A DNA stretch of 64,000 bases from Klebsiella pneumoniae. Lineage in GTDB: Bacteria; Myxococcota_A; UBA9042. The notes under the pieces are model-generated. The model saw nothing but the letters and a program-made list of their open reading frames with translations. It was not told where the DNA came from and searched no databases. A program made the position numbers and the translations under genes. Every line of letters begins with the position of its first letter. Position 1 is the stretch's first letter. Location of the stretch: contig CAMDBH010000004.1 of the NCBI GenBank assembly GCA_945889325.1, positions 14,166 through 78,165 on the forward strand. Direction: 5' to 3'. This document shows, in pieces, positions 38,257 to 48,105 of the stretch.

Positions 38257-39195
38257 TTACGGTGGTGCATCCGGCGTATTGGCCGGATCGGTTGCGCGCT
38301 TGACCTTCAGCGCCGGTGCAGCGGCTGGAGAACCATCGGTGTCAGGTCCGCGATACCCAACAACTATCAGGACTTCTTCCAGCGTCGCATAGGCCACAGC
38401 AGGTGAAAGCACGTATTCGTGATAGGGCCCATTTTGGACGCCGCGATCTTCGGCAACATGGCCGATTTCAAGGCCAGCCGGAAAGATCCGATCGTGACCA
38501 GTGGTCAGAACTGCATCGCCCATCGTCACGGGCACTGTGCGGTCGACGCGATCCAAGTAGATGAATTGCACGCCAAATTCATTCTTTTTGCCTTTGCCTT
38601 TGACCGACCCGATCACGCCCTTGCCCGGGATCGTGGCGTGAACCTGCGAGCGCGCATCGGTCACCAGCATCACGTCGGCGTAATCTTGGCTTAGTTTTTC
38701 CACGCGCCCAACGACGCCGTCGTTGGTGATCACGGCCTGCCCTTCGCGCACGGCCGTGGCACCGTGAATCGCCAATTTGATGCGAATGACTTGAAAGAAC
38801 TGCGAAACATCGCGGCCAACCACCCGTGCCGGGATCGTCGTAAAATCAGCACGTTCAGCGCGAAACTCGCACAGCAGCTTGATGCGCTTGAGTTCTTCAG
38901 CCAGAGCCCGGCTTTTGAGCGCTTCGCCGAGCAGCAACTGGTTGTTGCGCAGCAATTCTTCATTGTTGGCTTGCACGTCGGTGAGTAGCAGGTAGCCGCG
39001 CAGCAACCCGCGGCCGCGCTCGATCGCCGACGTCATCATGCGCGTCGCCGGAGCCGTCAGCACCAACAGACCACGTTCTATATAGCTAGTTTCCTTGCGT
39101 TCTTTGCCGTGATAGTACATCGACGCGATCGGCAATGCCAACGCCATCGTGAGCAGCAGGGTCTGGCGATAGCGCAGCAACAGGTCGCGAAACAT
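38257..39195 (-). CDS. mreC: Rod shape-determining protein MreC
   Basis: 312 aa with an N-terminal TM, a coiled coil (ELLRNNQLLLGEALKSRALAEELKRIK) and beta-barrel domains (VITNDGVVGRVEKLSQDYADVMLVTD). Confidence 0.9.
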   Translation of the reverse strand: MFRDLLLRYRQTLLLTMALALPIASMYYHGKERKETSYIERGLLVLTAPATRMMTSAIERGRGLLRGYLLLTDVQANNEELLRNNQLLLGEALKSRALAEELKRIKLLCEFRAERADFTTIPARVVGRDVSQFFQVIRIKLAIHGATAVREGQAVITNDGVVGRVEKLSQDYADVMLVTDARSQVHATIPGKGVIGSVKGKGKKNEFGVQFIYLDRVDRTVPVTMGDAVLTTGHDRIFPAGLEIGHVAEDRGVQNGPYHEYVLSPAVAYATLEEVLIVVGYRGPDTDGSPAAAPALKVKRATDPANTPDAPP

Positions 39196-39234
39196 TGGAA
39201 ATCTAAACCTATTTGGCGGTTTGGGCCGATTTCT

Positions 39235-39654
39235 CTATTCTAGCGCTTGGCCTCGTTTGCGTCTATGCGCCTGCATCGACACGAAATGCGCGATCAACAG
39301 GCCCGCGCAAAGCCACTGCATCACGGTCGGCAGCCAGAACGCTGGCGAATAGTCCGCGTAATTGTTGCCAATGACCCCGCGAGCGCGATCCAAAAGCAGC
39401 AGCGACCACAGCCCGCACACGCCAACCGCGCACAACGTCGCGACAAAGCGCCGAAAAAGGCCCACGGATTGGCGCCAACGCATGAAATTTCCGACCAAGA
39501 TGACCAAAAACAGCCCCATCCACGAATACAACTGCCAGCTGGCGAATCCCGCGTGCCAACCGATGATCGTCGTTGAGATCGTACTCAATAGATGCAGCAT
39601 GATCGCGGCCCGCAGCCAGCGCGCGTGGCCCAGCACCTCGGCGACCGGGGCCAT
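39235..39654 (-). CDS. Small hypothetical integral membrane protein (about 4 TM)
   Basis: The track ORF reaches 39924 but overlaps thiD and is AT-rich at third positions upstream. Trimmed to Met at 39654 (MAPVAEVLGHARWL...). Hydrophobic segments are visible. The start is uncertain. Confidence 0.4.
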   Translation of the reverse strand: MAPVAEVLGHARWLRAAIMLHLLSTISTTIIGWHAGFASWQLYSWMGLFLVILVGNFMRWRQSVGLFRRFVATLCAVGVCGLWSLLLLDRARGVIGNNYADYSPAFWLPTVMQWLCAGLLIAHFVSMQAHRRKRGQALE

Positions 39655-39820
39655 TGTCACGTCGGCCAGCGTCTGAATCGCGCCGTGCGGGCGTTGCGCC
39701 GCGGCAATATCTATTTCTTGCGAAATTTCTGGTACTTGCGTTTTTTCTTCAGCCAAGATTGCCCACTTGCGGTTCAGCCCCGCTTGTCGAAGTTTGCCGC
39801 CGTCGGGCAATATCGCCGCG

Positions 39821-40609
39821 ATGACGGTGGATCGCAACAAATTGGCCGCCCAAGCGGTCGTTATCGCCGTGGGCGGTGTCGATCCCGGGGGCAAGGCGGG
39901 CCTCGCCGCCGACTTGTTGACCATCCGCGAACTCGACGGCGACGCTCGGCTGATTGCCGCCGCGACAACGGCGCAGAACGACGCAACGTGGTTCGGAAGT
40001 TGGGCTACACCCCCAGCACAACTGCGCGCGGTGCTTCAGTCCATGGACCTGCCGCCCACGCGCGTCGCGATCAAATTTGGCATGCTGGGGTCGCTGGCGA
40101 ATGCAAAGATCGCGCTGCAGTGGGCCCAGCACTATGATTTTCCATTGGTTGTCGATCCGATTCGCGCGGCAAGCAGTGGCGGCAGCATGTGGCCCGACGA
40201 CGATGAAGCAAGCGTTTTGCATTTCTTGCGCGCTGAACTGTTCGTCGCCTCGACTGTTATCACGCCAAATTGGCTAGAATTGCAGTGGATTGCCGGGAAA
40301 ACGCTGCGCGACTTGGCCGACGCGGAAGCCGCGCTGCGCCAGTTGCCGTGCCCAGCCATTCTCAAGGGCGGTCATGCCCCAGAACGCTGGCGCAATGTAG
40401 ATATCGTGTTTGATGGCAGGCAGTTGGAGCATCTGCCGGCCAGACGTACTTGGATTGGCAAAGTGCGCGGTACCGGCTGTCGTTTCGCGAGCGCCGTCGC
40501 GCTTGGCTTGGCGCGCGGCGAATCGCTGGCGCAGGCGGCCGCCGCCGCGAAGTTGCACGTCGCCGACTACGCTTGCCGCGTTGCTGCGCAAACCAGTAGC
40601 AATCGTTAA
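39821..40609 (+). CDS. thiD: Hydroxymethylpyrimidine/phosphomethylpyrimidine kinase
   Basis: Start trimmed to ATG 39821. Contains VIAVGGVDPGGKAGLAADLLT and GTGCRFASAVALGLARGESLAQAAAAAKLHV, which match the ThiD pattern. Confidence 0.8.
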   Translation: MTVDRNKLAAQAVVIAVGGVDPGGKAGLAADLLTIRELDGDARLIAAATTAQNDATWFGSWATPPAQLRAVLQSMDLPPTRVAIKFGMLGSLANAKIALQWAQHYDFPLVVDPIRAASSGGSMWPDDDEASVLHFLRAELFVASTVITPNWLELQWIAGKTLRDLADAEAALRQLPCPAILKGGHAPERWRNVDIVFDGRQLEHLPARRTWIGKVRGTGCRFASAVALGLARGESLAQAAAAAKLHVADYACRVAAQTSSNR

Positions 40610-40953
40610 GGCTTGTAGTTGTGCTTGGCGAAATTCGCTGCTACGGCATCCGCTGTCGGCTTGGGGCCTTTTTTCACTTTTGCGACTTCAAAATTGCTCA
40701 TATCGTCGACGATCGAGGCGTTTAGCGCGATCGAATCGGCAAAAAGATCTGGAATTTCATCTTGTTCAAAAATCGCTTTCCACGGGCAGGCCGGTTCGCA
40801 GTTGGTGCAATCGATGCACTCATCTGGATTGATGTAGAGTTGATTTGGGTAGTTGCCGCTGCCTTTGTGTTCGTAAATACATTCAACGGGGCAGACGTCG
40901 GCGCAGTCGGTGTCTTTGCAGTCGACACATAGGCTAGTGATAATATAGGCCAT
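40606..40953 (-). CDS. fdxA: 7Fe-type ferredoxin ([3Fe-4S][4Fe-4S])
   Basis: Start at MAYIITSLC. Cluster motifs CVDCKDTDCADVCP (CxxCxxxxCxxxCP) and CIDCTNCEPACP (CxxCxxCxxxCP). Confidence 0.9.
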   Translation of the reverse strand: MAYIITSLCVDCKDTDCADVCPVECIYEHKGSGNYPNQLYINPDECIDCTNCEPACPWKAIFEQDEIPDLFADSIALNASIVDDMSNFEVAKVKKGPKPTADAVAANFAKHNYKP

Positions 40954-41106
40954 TGGGAAATCCTCCGAGAAAACAAGATGGGACAAACGAGTCTAGTTCC
41001 ACGTTGAGCATTGGGCTCCAGAACTGGCCGCCGGGGCGGCGCAATGATGGCGTTGCAGAACTATTTTGTCGAGACTGTGCGCCACAGAAGTGTCCGGGCC
41101 CAACGC

Positions 41107-42327
41107 TTATGCGCGCTCAAACGGAAAGGCCAGCACCTCGTCGATGTCGCTGTAGCCGCAAAGTTGCATCAGCAGGCGATCGACGCCAAGGGCCACGCCG
41201 GCCGACGGCGGGCAACCTTCAGAAAGAGCGGCCAAAAACCGTTCGTCGATGGGGTAGGTTGGGAGGCCTGCATCGCGGCGCTTTTTCAAATCCGCTTCAA
41301 AACGCTGCCGCTGCTCCACCGGGTCCACCAGTTCACTAAAACCATTAGCAATTTCCACACCGTGCAGATAAATTTCAAAGCGCTCGGCCAAATGCGGGGC
41401 ACCGCTGAACCGGCGGGCGAGCGAAGCCATGGATGCGGGCCAACTTTCAATGACCGCCAGCGGCACCATCCGCAGCGCGGGTTCGACCCGCTCCGCAAGG
41501 GCGCGCATTAGGATATCTGGTGTAGTATCATGGTGTTGTACCAACAAACCGGCGGCGGTCGCGCGCTCGCGCACCAACGCGTCGTCGGTGCAGTCATCTG
41601 GGTCAAAGCCCGCAAAGCGCTTGATCGCGGAACGCACCGTAAAATAATCCCAACCCGCCTTTGCGTATGCGGACTGCGCCGGGCCGACGGACACGCCGGC
41701 GCTGGCCAGCGCCAGGGCGCAGTGTCGGATCAAGTGCATATTATCGCGAATAATGTGCGTATAGTCGGCACCCGCACGGTACCATTCCAGCATGGTAAAT
41801 TCTGGGTTGTGCTGGCCACCGCGCTCGCCCGAGCGAAAAGCGTGCTGCATGGTATAAATTTTGGTAAAACCGCAGGTTAGAAGGCGTTTGCAGTGGTATT
41901 CGGGGCTCGTCACCAGCCAGCGCTGAACCTCGCTACCGCCCATTCCTTGCTGCAAACGAACCTGCACTGCGGCCAAATGCAATTCCAAACCCGGACTTGT
42001 CGCGATTGCGGGCGTGTCGACTTCGGTGAAACCGCGGCGATCAAAGAACTGGCGGATGGCCCGCAACAGCACCGCCCGCGCCTTAATTGTATGAAAACGC
42101 TGCGCATTGTTGCCGGACAACCGCGCAAAATCGCCACTGTGTGTCGGGAAATCGCCGCCGACCGCGGCAGCAACGCGGCACCAAGTTCCGCCAATAAGCT
42201 GCAAAATATCGCCAGGTCGCGTGTCGATGTCTACTTGGACGGCGCGCACTTGGCCACCGTCGAACGCCCAAACGCGATCCGGCTCCACGGCCAGAATACG
42301 CAGAAATTGTAGAGATTTGACAGCCAC
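41107..42327 (-). CDS. epmA: EF-P lysine aminoacylase EpmA/GenX (class II LysRS paralogue) with ~75-aa N-terminal extension
   Basis: Contains LVTSPEYHCKRLL, HNPEFTMLEWY, ERFEIYLHGVEIANGFSEL and GVALGVDRLLM, colinear with E. coli EpmA as I recall it. GTG start. Confidence 0.85.
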   Translation of the reverse strand: MAVKSLQFLRILAVEPDRVWAFDGGQVRAVQVDIDTRPGDILQLIGGTWCRVAAAVGGDFPTHSGDFARLSGNNAQRFHTIKARAVLLRAIRQFFDRRGFTEVDTPAIATSPGLELHLAAVQVRLQQGMGGSEVQRWLVTSPEYHCKRLLTCGFTKIYTMQHAFRSGERGGQHNPEFTMLEWYRAGADYTHIIRDNMHLIRHCALALASAGVSVGPAQSAYAKAGWDYFTVRSAIKRFAGFDPDDCTDDALVRERATAAGLLVQHHDTTPDILMRALAERVEPALRMVPLAVIESWPASMASLARRFSGAPHLAERFEIYLHGVEIANGFSELVDPVEQRQRFEADLKKRRDAGLPTYPIDERFLAALSEGCPPSAGVALGVDRLLMQLCGYSDIDEVLAFPFERA

Positions 42328-42330
42328 GGG

Positions 42331-42963
42331 CTATTCGATTGCCAGCGGCGTGGTCTTGTCGATGCCGCCGCGATCGATGGCGGCGCGGACCATTTCAAAA
42401 ACCGGCGGATTCTTGACCTTCAACTTACCGTCCGGTTCCAAATTCATGGAATAGACACGCAAAGTCGCGATATCATTTTCAGTTCCGGTGATCGGGCCAT
42501 CCGAGGGCCGCGCCACAACGCGGAGCTGATTGGTGCCGACTCCCAAATCCGCTGTCAATTCAAGGTTGAGCGCGGCTTGATCCAGCCCAATTTTGCGCAG
42601 TAATTTGCCGTTCAGATAGACGTCAAACTGGAAACTCACTTTGACATTGGGCTGGTACATGAGCACATAGCGCTGTTTGGGCTTGATCAAAACGGCGCCA
42701 GGCTGCCCCGGACGCGCGAAATCCGACGTGCCGCTGACTTTGCTGTTGCCGTCCTTGTCGGCGCTGACGATATAGCCCGGTGAAATAATTTGGATATTGC
42801 CATCGGCGTCAAATTTCACGCTGCAGTTGGCCAAATCGACATTCTTCAAACTTTGCAGGCGGATGCCGTTGAGAAAGACCTCAATGGCCCAAGCGGGGGC
42901 GGCGCTGGTCAGGATGAACAAGGCGGCGATAACGCTTGAGAGCACGGAACGGCGGAAACGCAT
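42331..42963 (-). CDS. Hypothetical secreted protein
   Basis: Trimmed to the ATG at 42961-42963 (complement) with GGAG upstream. Signal peptide MRFRRSVLSSVIAALFILTSAAPAWA. Beta-rich sequence with no recognised domain. Confidence 0.55.
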   Translation of the reverse strand: MRFRRSVLSSVIAALFILTSAAPAWAIEVFLNGIRLQSLKNVDLANCSVKFDADGNIQIISPGYIVSADKDGNSKVSGTSDFARPGQPGAVLIKPKQRYVLMYQPNVKVSFQFDVYLNGKLLRKIGLDQAALNLELTADLGVGTNQLRVVARPSDGPITGTENDIATLRVYSMNLEPDGKLKVKNPPVFEMVRAAIDRGGIDKTTPLAIE

Positions 42964-43113
42964 GGAAAACTCCTTTAAGGCCTCTAAGTTGAAGTGGCAC
43001 GGTCGCAGTTGACCACCTAGGCGAATCTGACAACGCCGATGGGGTCGCCACAATTCACAACGCGCAAAATGCCACATCTTTTTGGCAAAAGCCAAAAATG
43101 CGTGCGACGCGGA

Positions 43114-44004
43114 TCACTTGCAACCGGGAATCGCGTTGTTCGTACAGCGGAAATTTAGACAGACGTCAGCCGTACAGGCGTCTTGGTCGTCGCATTCTTT
43201 GTCGCTTTTGCACAACGGGCCGCATTGGGCGTTGTAACCGGTGCAGACTTCAGATGTGTTGGCAAACGCGGTATAAAACGCATTGTTATAACATTTGATT
43301 TTGGACTTTTTTGCGTTGTCGATGTTGCCACTGGGCGTCAACGACTGAAAGCAATGCCAGGTGCAGCAATTGGGGTTGAGCAATTTGGCGTCAAAAAGCT
43401 GACAAGAAGTGAGGAAACCACAAAAAGCATCGCAGACTTGCTTGGCTTCTTGAATCCCGGGGTCCGGGTCCGTGATCGCGTCCTTCCACGGCACGCCTTT
43501 GGGGGCGGCGCAGGTGATCGGATCGACGATGATTTGGCCAAAACTGGAGGGCGCATCGCAGACTTTGGTCGGCAGCGCATTGTATCCGGCCAAAACCGCC
43601 TGTTTATAGGTAGGTTTTTCGCATTTTTCCCATGCGGGAGCCAACGCATGGCAGTCGCCGAGGTTGTCGCAAATCGGCGCGCAAAATGCGGCCTTTTGGC
43701 CCTGCCAGCCGTCTGGCATAAGCACACAAAACGCTTTTTTTCCGCCCAATTCTGGACCGACGCAGTAGTCCTTGGGGTTGTTGCAGTCGCGCGTGCACCA
43801 GCCAAAAGGCGCGAACTCACTTTGCATGCATTGCAGGCCGGGGCCGCAGCCGGTCGCCAACTGGCAAGCTTGGCCGAAGCCCGCCTTGGGCGGCAAATCG
43901 GCGTTGCTGGCGTCGGTCTCCGCGACCACTGGGGCGGGCGTGCTTCCGCAGCCGATGGCAGCCGAACTCAATAAAATAAAGAGCGTAATTCGAGAAAACC
44001 ACAT
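43114..44004 (-). CDS. Cys-rich lipoprotein (lipobox AAIGC; 28 further Cys)
   Basis: MWFSRITLFILLSSAAIGCGS is followed by a short acidic linker and a domain with Cys spaced every ~5-15 residues. Confidence 0.6.
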   Translation of the reverse strand: MWFSRITLFILLSSAAIGCGSTPAPVVAETDASNADLPPKAGFGQACQLATGCGPGLQCMQSEFAPFGWCTRDCNNPKDYCVGPELGGKKAFCVLMPDGWQGQKAAFCAPICDNLGDCHALAPAWEKCEKPTYKQAVLAGYNALPTKVCDAPSSFGQIIVDPITCAAPKGVPWKDAITDPDPGIQEAKQVCDAFCGFLTSCQLFDAKLLNPNCCTWHCFQSLTPSGNIDNAKKSKIKCYNNAFYTAFANTSEVCTGYNAQCGPLCKSDKECDDQDACTADVCLNFRCTNNAIPGCK

Positions 44005-44083
44005 CCGGCAGACGCCTCCGAGCCGTCAATTATAGCGGCTCGCGCTACTTTGCGCGAAGCCAACTCTGTGCCAAGCTCAGCGC

Positions 44084-45085
44084 ATGTCGCAAACCGCGCT
44101 GAACCCGCCGCCGCCGCCGCCCCCGCAAGTCGAAGCCGTGCGCGAATTTGCCGCGGAACTTCAAGGCGTTTACAAATCGTTTGACGATGTTCAGGCTTTG
44201 CGCGGCTTGGATCTGCAAATCCCGCACGGTCTAGTCGGTGTGTTGGGGCCCAACGGCGCCGGTAAATCGACGCTTTTTCGGCTTTTGCTCGGTTTGGACA
44301 ACGCCAGTCAGGGTGCGGTGACGGTGTTGGGCGAAAGAATGCCCGAAGGCGCCATGCAGGTCCGCGCAAGTACGGGGTATATGCCCGAGGACGACAGCCT
44401 TTTTCCCGACATGACCGCGCTTGAGCAAGTCGTGCACGCAGCCCAGCTTTGCGGTCTGCCGCGGGTCGACGCGATTGCAAGGGCGCATGGCTGCTTGGAT
44501 TTGGTCGGTCTCCCCGATGCGCGTTATCGCCAAGCGGCGCAATTTTCTCTCGGCATGCGGCAGCGCCTGCGGCTGGCGATGGCCGTCGTGCATGGGCCCA
44601 AGTTGTTGATCGTCGATGAGCCGACGGCAGGACTTGATCCCGACGGTCGCCTGCAAATGCTCAATCTGCTTGCCGAAATTGCAGCGCAAGGGACTTCGGT
44701 TCTGCTTTCCACCCACGTTTTGACCGACGTCGAAATGATTTGCCAGCACGTGGTGCTGATGTCGCGCGGCCAACTCGGCTTTAACGGTCCGATAGGGCGT
44801 TTTCGCGCGGGTGGCGGCCAACCGCTGGTGCGCGCTCGGGTTGTTGGCGAACCGGCGCTTTTACAGGCGGCGTTGCAAAAACACGGTCTGGGTTCAACGA
44901 TCGATCAAGGCGCAGTCGTTGTGACCATGCGCGCAGAAGATGCCGCGACTTTTTGGCAAGCTGCAGCGGAATCCGGCGTAGGAATAAGCGGTTATGCACC
45001 AGAGGAAGAAGACATGGCCCACGCTTTTGTGCGCCACTTGCGCATCGACGATCCGCAACGGCCCAAACTGAGCCAGAAGGATTGA
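44084..45085 (+). CDS. ABC transporter ATP-binding protein
   Basis: Walker A GPNGAGKST, signature FSLGMRQRLRLAMAV, Walker B LIVDEPTAGLD. The N-terminus carries a poly-Pro run. Confidence 0.9.
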   Translation: MSQTALNPPPPPPPQVEAVREFAAELQGVYKSFDDVQALRGLDLQIPHGLVGVLGPNGAGKSTLFRLLLGLDNASQGAVTVLGERMPEGAMQVRASTGYMPEDDSLFPDMTALEQVVHAAQLCGLPRVDAIARAHGCLDLVGLPDARYRQAAQFSLGMRQRLRLAMAVVHGPKLLIVDEPTAGLDPDGRLQMLNLLAEIAAQGTSVLLSTHVLTDVEMICQHVVLMSRGQLGFNGPIGRFRAGGGQPLVRARVVGEPALLQAALQKHGLGSTIDQGAVVVTMRAEDAATFWQAAAESGVGISGYAPEEEDMAHAFVRHLRIDDPQRPKLSQKD

Positions 45086-45091
45086 TCGCCG

Positions 45092-46033
45092 ATGCAAGCG
45101 CAACCGCAAAATCCGCAGCCGCGTCAGGCTTTTTTCGATCCGGGCGGTTTTTCCCTGCACGAAGGCGTCAAGGTCAACGACGTTGATCGGGTGCAGAACC
45201 TAATTTTCGTGTTTTTTCAATTGCTGCTCAAGGGTTGGATCGCCAAGGTGCGCGTGGCATCGTTTATGCTGCCGGCCATCGGGTGGGGCATTTGGGTGTT
45301 TTTGCACGGCGGCGTTTCGGTTATCCCTTTGGAGATCGCCGAGCAGCCTCAGTTCTTGTTTGACAACATCAGCCGACCCATGGCCGCCAATCTGGGCTGG
45401 CTCATGCTGGCGCACGCTTTTTCAGTGACGCCGTTGATCGCCCGAGACGCCCAACAGGGCGCATTGCTTTTGTATTTCTCCCGGCCCGTGTCGCGCGAAC
45501 AGTACCTGATTGCTCGCATCGCCGCCGTATCGGCCTTGAGTTGGCTGGAGCTAGCCGTGCCCGCTCTCGCACTTTTAGCTGTACATTTAGTGACCTACAG
45601 CGGTCAGTTGGGGCATTCGGCCATTTCGCCCATTTTGCTCTGGCCCTTGCTGACGGCGACTATCTTGCTAAGCACGCTCATCAGCGCGATTTGCCTGACG
45701 TTGGCCTCGCTTTGCTGTGGCGTTATCGCGCGTTCCCCGTCTGCCGCGCCGCTGTTTTTCGGTGGGGCCATTTTGGGTTCAATCGCCCTTGCCGCCGTGC
45801 TGCAAATGTCTTACAGCCAGGATTCCTTTGCCGCGGCCCTGAGTTTAGCTCATGCATTTCGCGGCTTTACCAGTCTCGCTCTCATGCCGGCGGTCTCTCA
45901 CGACGTGCCGCACTTTGCCGTCATGGATGCACTCACCGGTGCGGCGATTTGGCTTGGTTTGGCGCTGTTGTCTTGGAACTTGTTACAGCGCTTCATGGCC
46001 AATCCGCCGTTGGGCAAGGGCAGGGCAGCATGA
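45092..46033 (+). CDS. ABC-2-like permease
   Basis: 313 aa, polytopic. Contains ARDAQQGALLLYFSRPVSREQYL, which resembles the ExxxGTxE..P.sR motif of ABC-2 permeases. Confidence 0.6.
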   Translation: MQAQPQNPQPRQAFFDPGGFSLHEGVKVNDVDRVQNLIFVFFQLLLKGWIAKVRVASFMLPAIGWGIWVFLHGGVSVIPLEIAEQPQFLFDNISRPMAANLGWLMLAHAFSVTPLIARDAQQGALLLYFSRPVSREQYLIARIAAVSALSWLELAVPALALLAVHLVTYSGQLGHSAISPILLWPLLTATILLSTLISAICLTLASLCCGVIARSPSAAPLFFGGAILGSIALAAVLQMSYSQDSFAAALSLAHAFRGFTSLALMPAVSHDVPHFAVMDALTGAAIWLGLALLSWNLLQRFMANPPLGKGRAA

Positions 46034-46989
46034 CCGCGCTGCAACCGCCAGAGATCGAAAACGATCGCGCGATTGTCCGCCTCAAGCGCGTCACGCGCCA
46101 ATTTGGCGCGCGCATGGCGTTGGTCGATATTACGTTTGATCTCTACCCCGGTCTGACCGGCCTGCTCGGGCCCAATGGCGCTGGAAAGACAACACTTTTG
46201 CATCTGCTTGCCGGCTTGACGTCGCCGACCAGCGGCGGCCTCCGTTGGCTCAACGGCGAGAGCCGTCGCAGCCCAAAGCTGGACAATCGCATCGCTTTTG
46301 TGATGGACGGCGACACCCTGCCGCGCTTGGAAACGCCGCTGCAATTTGTCAGCGGTCTGTTGCGGTGCGCCGGTTGCACGGCCCACGACGCGGAAACACG
46401 AGCGATTTCAATACTTCAGCGCCTCGGTTTGGACAGTCAAATGCATGCGCGCTTGTCGACTTTGTCGCGGGGTCAGCGCCAACGTGTGAAGCTGGCTCAG
46501 GGTTTTGCGTTGCCGGCGTCGTTACTTTTGCTGGACGAACCGCTGAACGCGCTGGATCCCGTTTGGCGGCTGGAAGTCGGCGCGCTGATGCACGAAGCCG
46601 TCCAAGCAGGGGCAAGCGTGGTCATCAGCAGTCATATCCTGCAAGAAGTCGAACAGTTGTCGAGTCAATTGGTGCTTTTGTTCAAAGGCCGTCTGGTCGC
46701 CGCCGGATCGCTGCATGAAATCCATGATTTGTTGCGCAACCGCGCCAATGCGCTGCGCGTGCGCTGCGATCAGCCGCGGGCGCTCGGGCGCGAGTTGCTC
46801 GATCGGGCAGCCGTCACCCAGTTGAAAATCGTCGACGGTGAATTGCTGACCCACGCCGAAGATATAGTCAGTCTTTACAGGGCATTACCGTCCGCAATTG
46901 TCGCTGCCAATGTGGCCGTCTCTCACGTCAGCACCGATGGCGACGACTTGATCAGCTTGTTCCAAGCGCTGAGCGCGGAGGTGCGCTGA
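46030..46989 (+). CDS. ABC transporter ATP-binding protein (second ATPase of the operon)
   Basis: Trimmed from 45541 to ATG 46030, which overlaps the upstream stop (ATGA). Walker A GPNGAGKTT, signature LSRGQRQRVKLAQGF, Walker B LLLDEPLNALD. Confidence 0.9.
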   Translation: MTALQPPEIENDRAIVRLKRVTRQFGARMALVDITFDLYPGLTGLLGPNGAGKTTLLHLLAGLTSPTSGGLRWLNGESRRSPKLDNRIAFVMDGDTLPRLETPLQFVSGLLRCAGCTAHDAETRAISILQRLGLDSQMHARLSTLSRGQRQRVKLAQGFALPASLLLLDEPLNALDPVWRLEVGALMHEAVQAGASVVISSHILQEVEQLSSQLVLLFKGRLVAAGSLHEIHDLLRNRANALRVRCDQPRALGRELLDRAAVTQLKIVDGELLTHAEDIVSLYRALPSAIVAANVAVSHVSTDGDDLISLFQALSAEVR

Positions 46990-47873
46990 TGGCAAAGCTC
47001 GAAGCACAAATCCCTTGGAACTACGCAGATGCGCCGCGTTTCGCGCCGATGTCGCCCGCCGGTGCGGCGTTGTTGCACGCGCGTTTGTACTTGGCGCGCA
47101 TCACGCAACCGCGGGCGATTTGGCCGTATTTGCTGCTAATTGGTTTGGCGGCTGCAGGCGGCCTCGGCTTGGCCCGCTGGTCGCTCATCAACGCTCAAGC
47201 CTTGCAAACCTATGTCAATGGTTATGCATTGCGCGGTCTTGCGCTGTGCGCGCTCGGCTTGGGTGTGGCCGCGATCCGAGCGGACACCGACGGTGGGGCG
47301 CTTGGCTACTACTTGCTGCGTCCGCGCGCGCACTTTGCGCTGCCTTTGGGACGCTGGCTGGCGACCAGTTTGGCGACCGCTGCGCTCGGTTTGGGCCTGA
47401 TCGCCGCGATCACGCTGGCGGCAATGGGTACACCGCTGCATTTTGACAGCGCTTTGCTCATGCGAATGCTTGTCGGCGTGTTGCTGTCGGCGGCAGTATA
47501 TCCGGCCATTTTCATGCTCATCGCGCTGTTTTTTCGCAACGCTTCGGCGATGGGTTTGGGCTGGTTGGTGGTCTTTGACCTGTTATTTCCGCAACTTGCT
47601 GATTCATTCTCTGTAGGTACGACGATCGCCCTACTTTCGCCGTCGCATCATTTGACCCAGTTGATCGATGGCGTGTACCCCGACATCGCCCAAAATGGCG
47701 CGCAATTGGCGAATTTGGCGGCCAAATTCATGCATACGGGCGGTGGCGCTATGCTGCCCGACCCGTACAACGCCTGGATAGTCCCAATTAAGATCCTAAT
47801 TTTGCTGGGGATGACCGCGCTCGTGCTGGCGGCGTGCCTGTGGCGATTTAGTCGGGATCCGCCGCAGACCTAA
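46989..47873 (+). CDS. ABC-2-like permease (second)
   Basis: 294 aa, polytopic. The ATG overlaps the upstream stop (TGATG). Contains DTDGGALGYYLLRPRAH, analogous to the motif in the first permease. Confidence 0.55.
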   Translation: MAKLEAQIPWNYADAPRFAPMSPAGAALLHARLYLARITQPRAIWPYLLLIGLAAAGGLGLARWSLINAQALQTYVNGYALRGLALCALGLGVAAIRADTDGGALGYYLLRPRAHFALPLGRWLATSLATAALGLGLIAAITLAAMGTPLHFDSALLMRMLVGVLLSAAVYPAIFMLIALFFRNASAMGLGWLVVFDLLFPQLADSFSVGTTIALLSPSHHLTQLIDGVYPDIAQNGAQLANLAAKFMHTGGGAMLPDPYNAWIVPIKILILLGMTALVLAACLWRFSRDPPQT

Positions 47874-48105
47874 GAGGGTGTATTCAAAATGGCGACATCG
47901 CGAGGTTCAAGAGGCTGTTCGCAGATCGCGAGCGCGCCCGGAGCGCCCGACCGAGCCGCACTGATGTGCGGCGACCGAGGGAGTGAGGACGTAAGCCCCA
48001 AGATTTGCAGCATCTTGGACCGCAGCCGGCGACAATTTGAATACGCGCTCTAAGTAACCGGGCTGCAAACCACAACCAACTTGCCACAACAACTGGGGAT
48101 GACCG

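Noticed and set aside
39655-39820. TPP riboswitch upstream of thiD
   Set aside because: I could not find the conserved CUGAGA / ACCUGAUCUGGAUAAUGCCAGCG-type elements in the leader.
43183-43974. 263-aa plus-strand ORF
   Set aside because: It is antisense to the Cys-rich lipoprotein gene, which has a clear signal peptide and lipobox.
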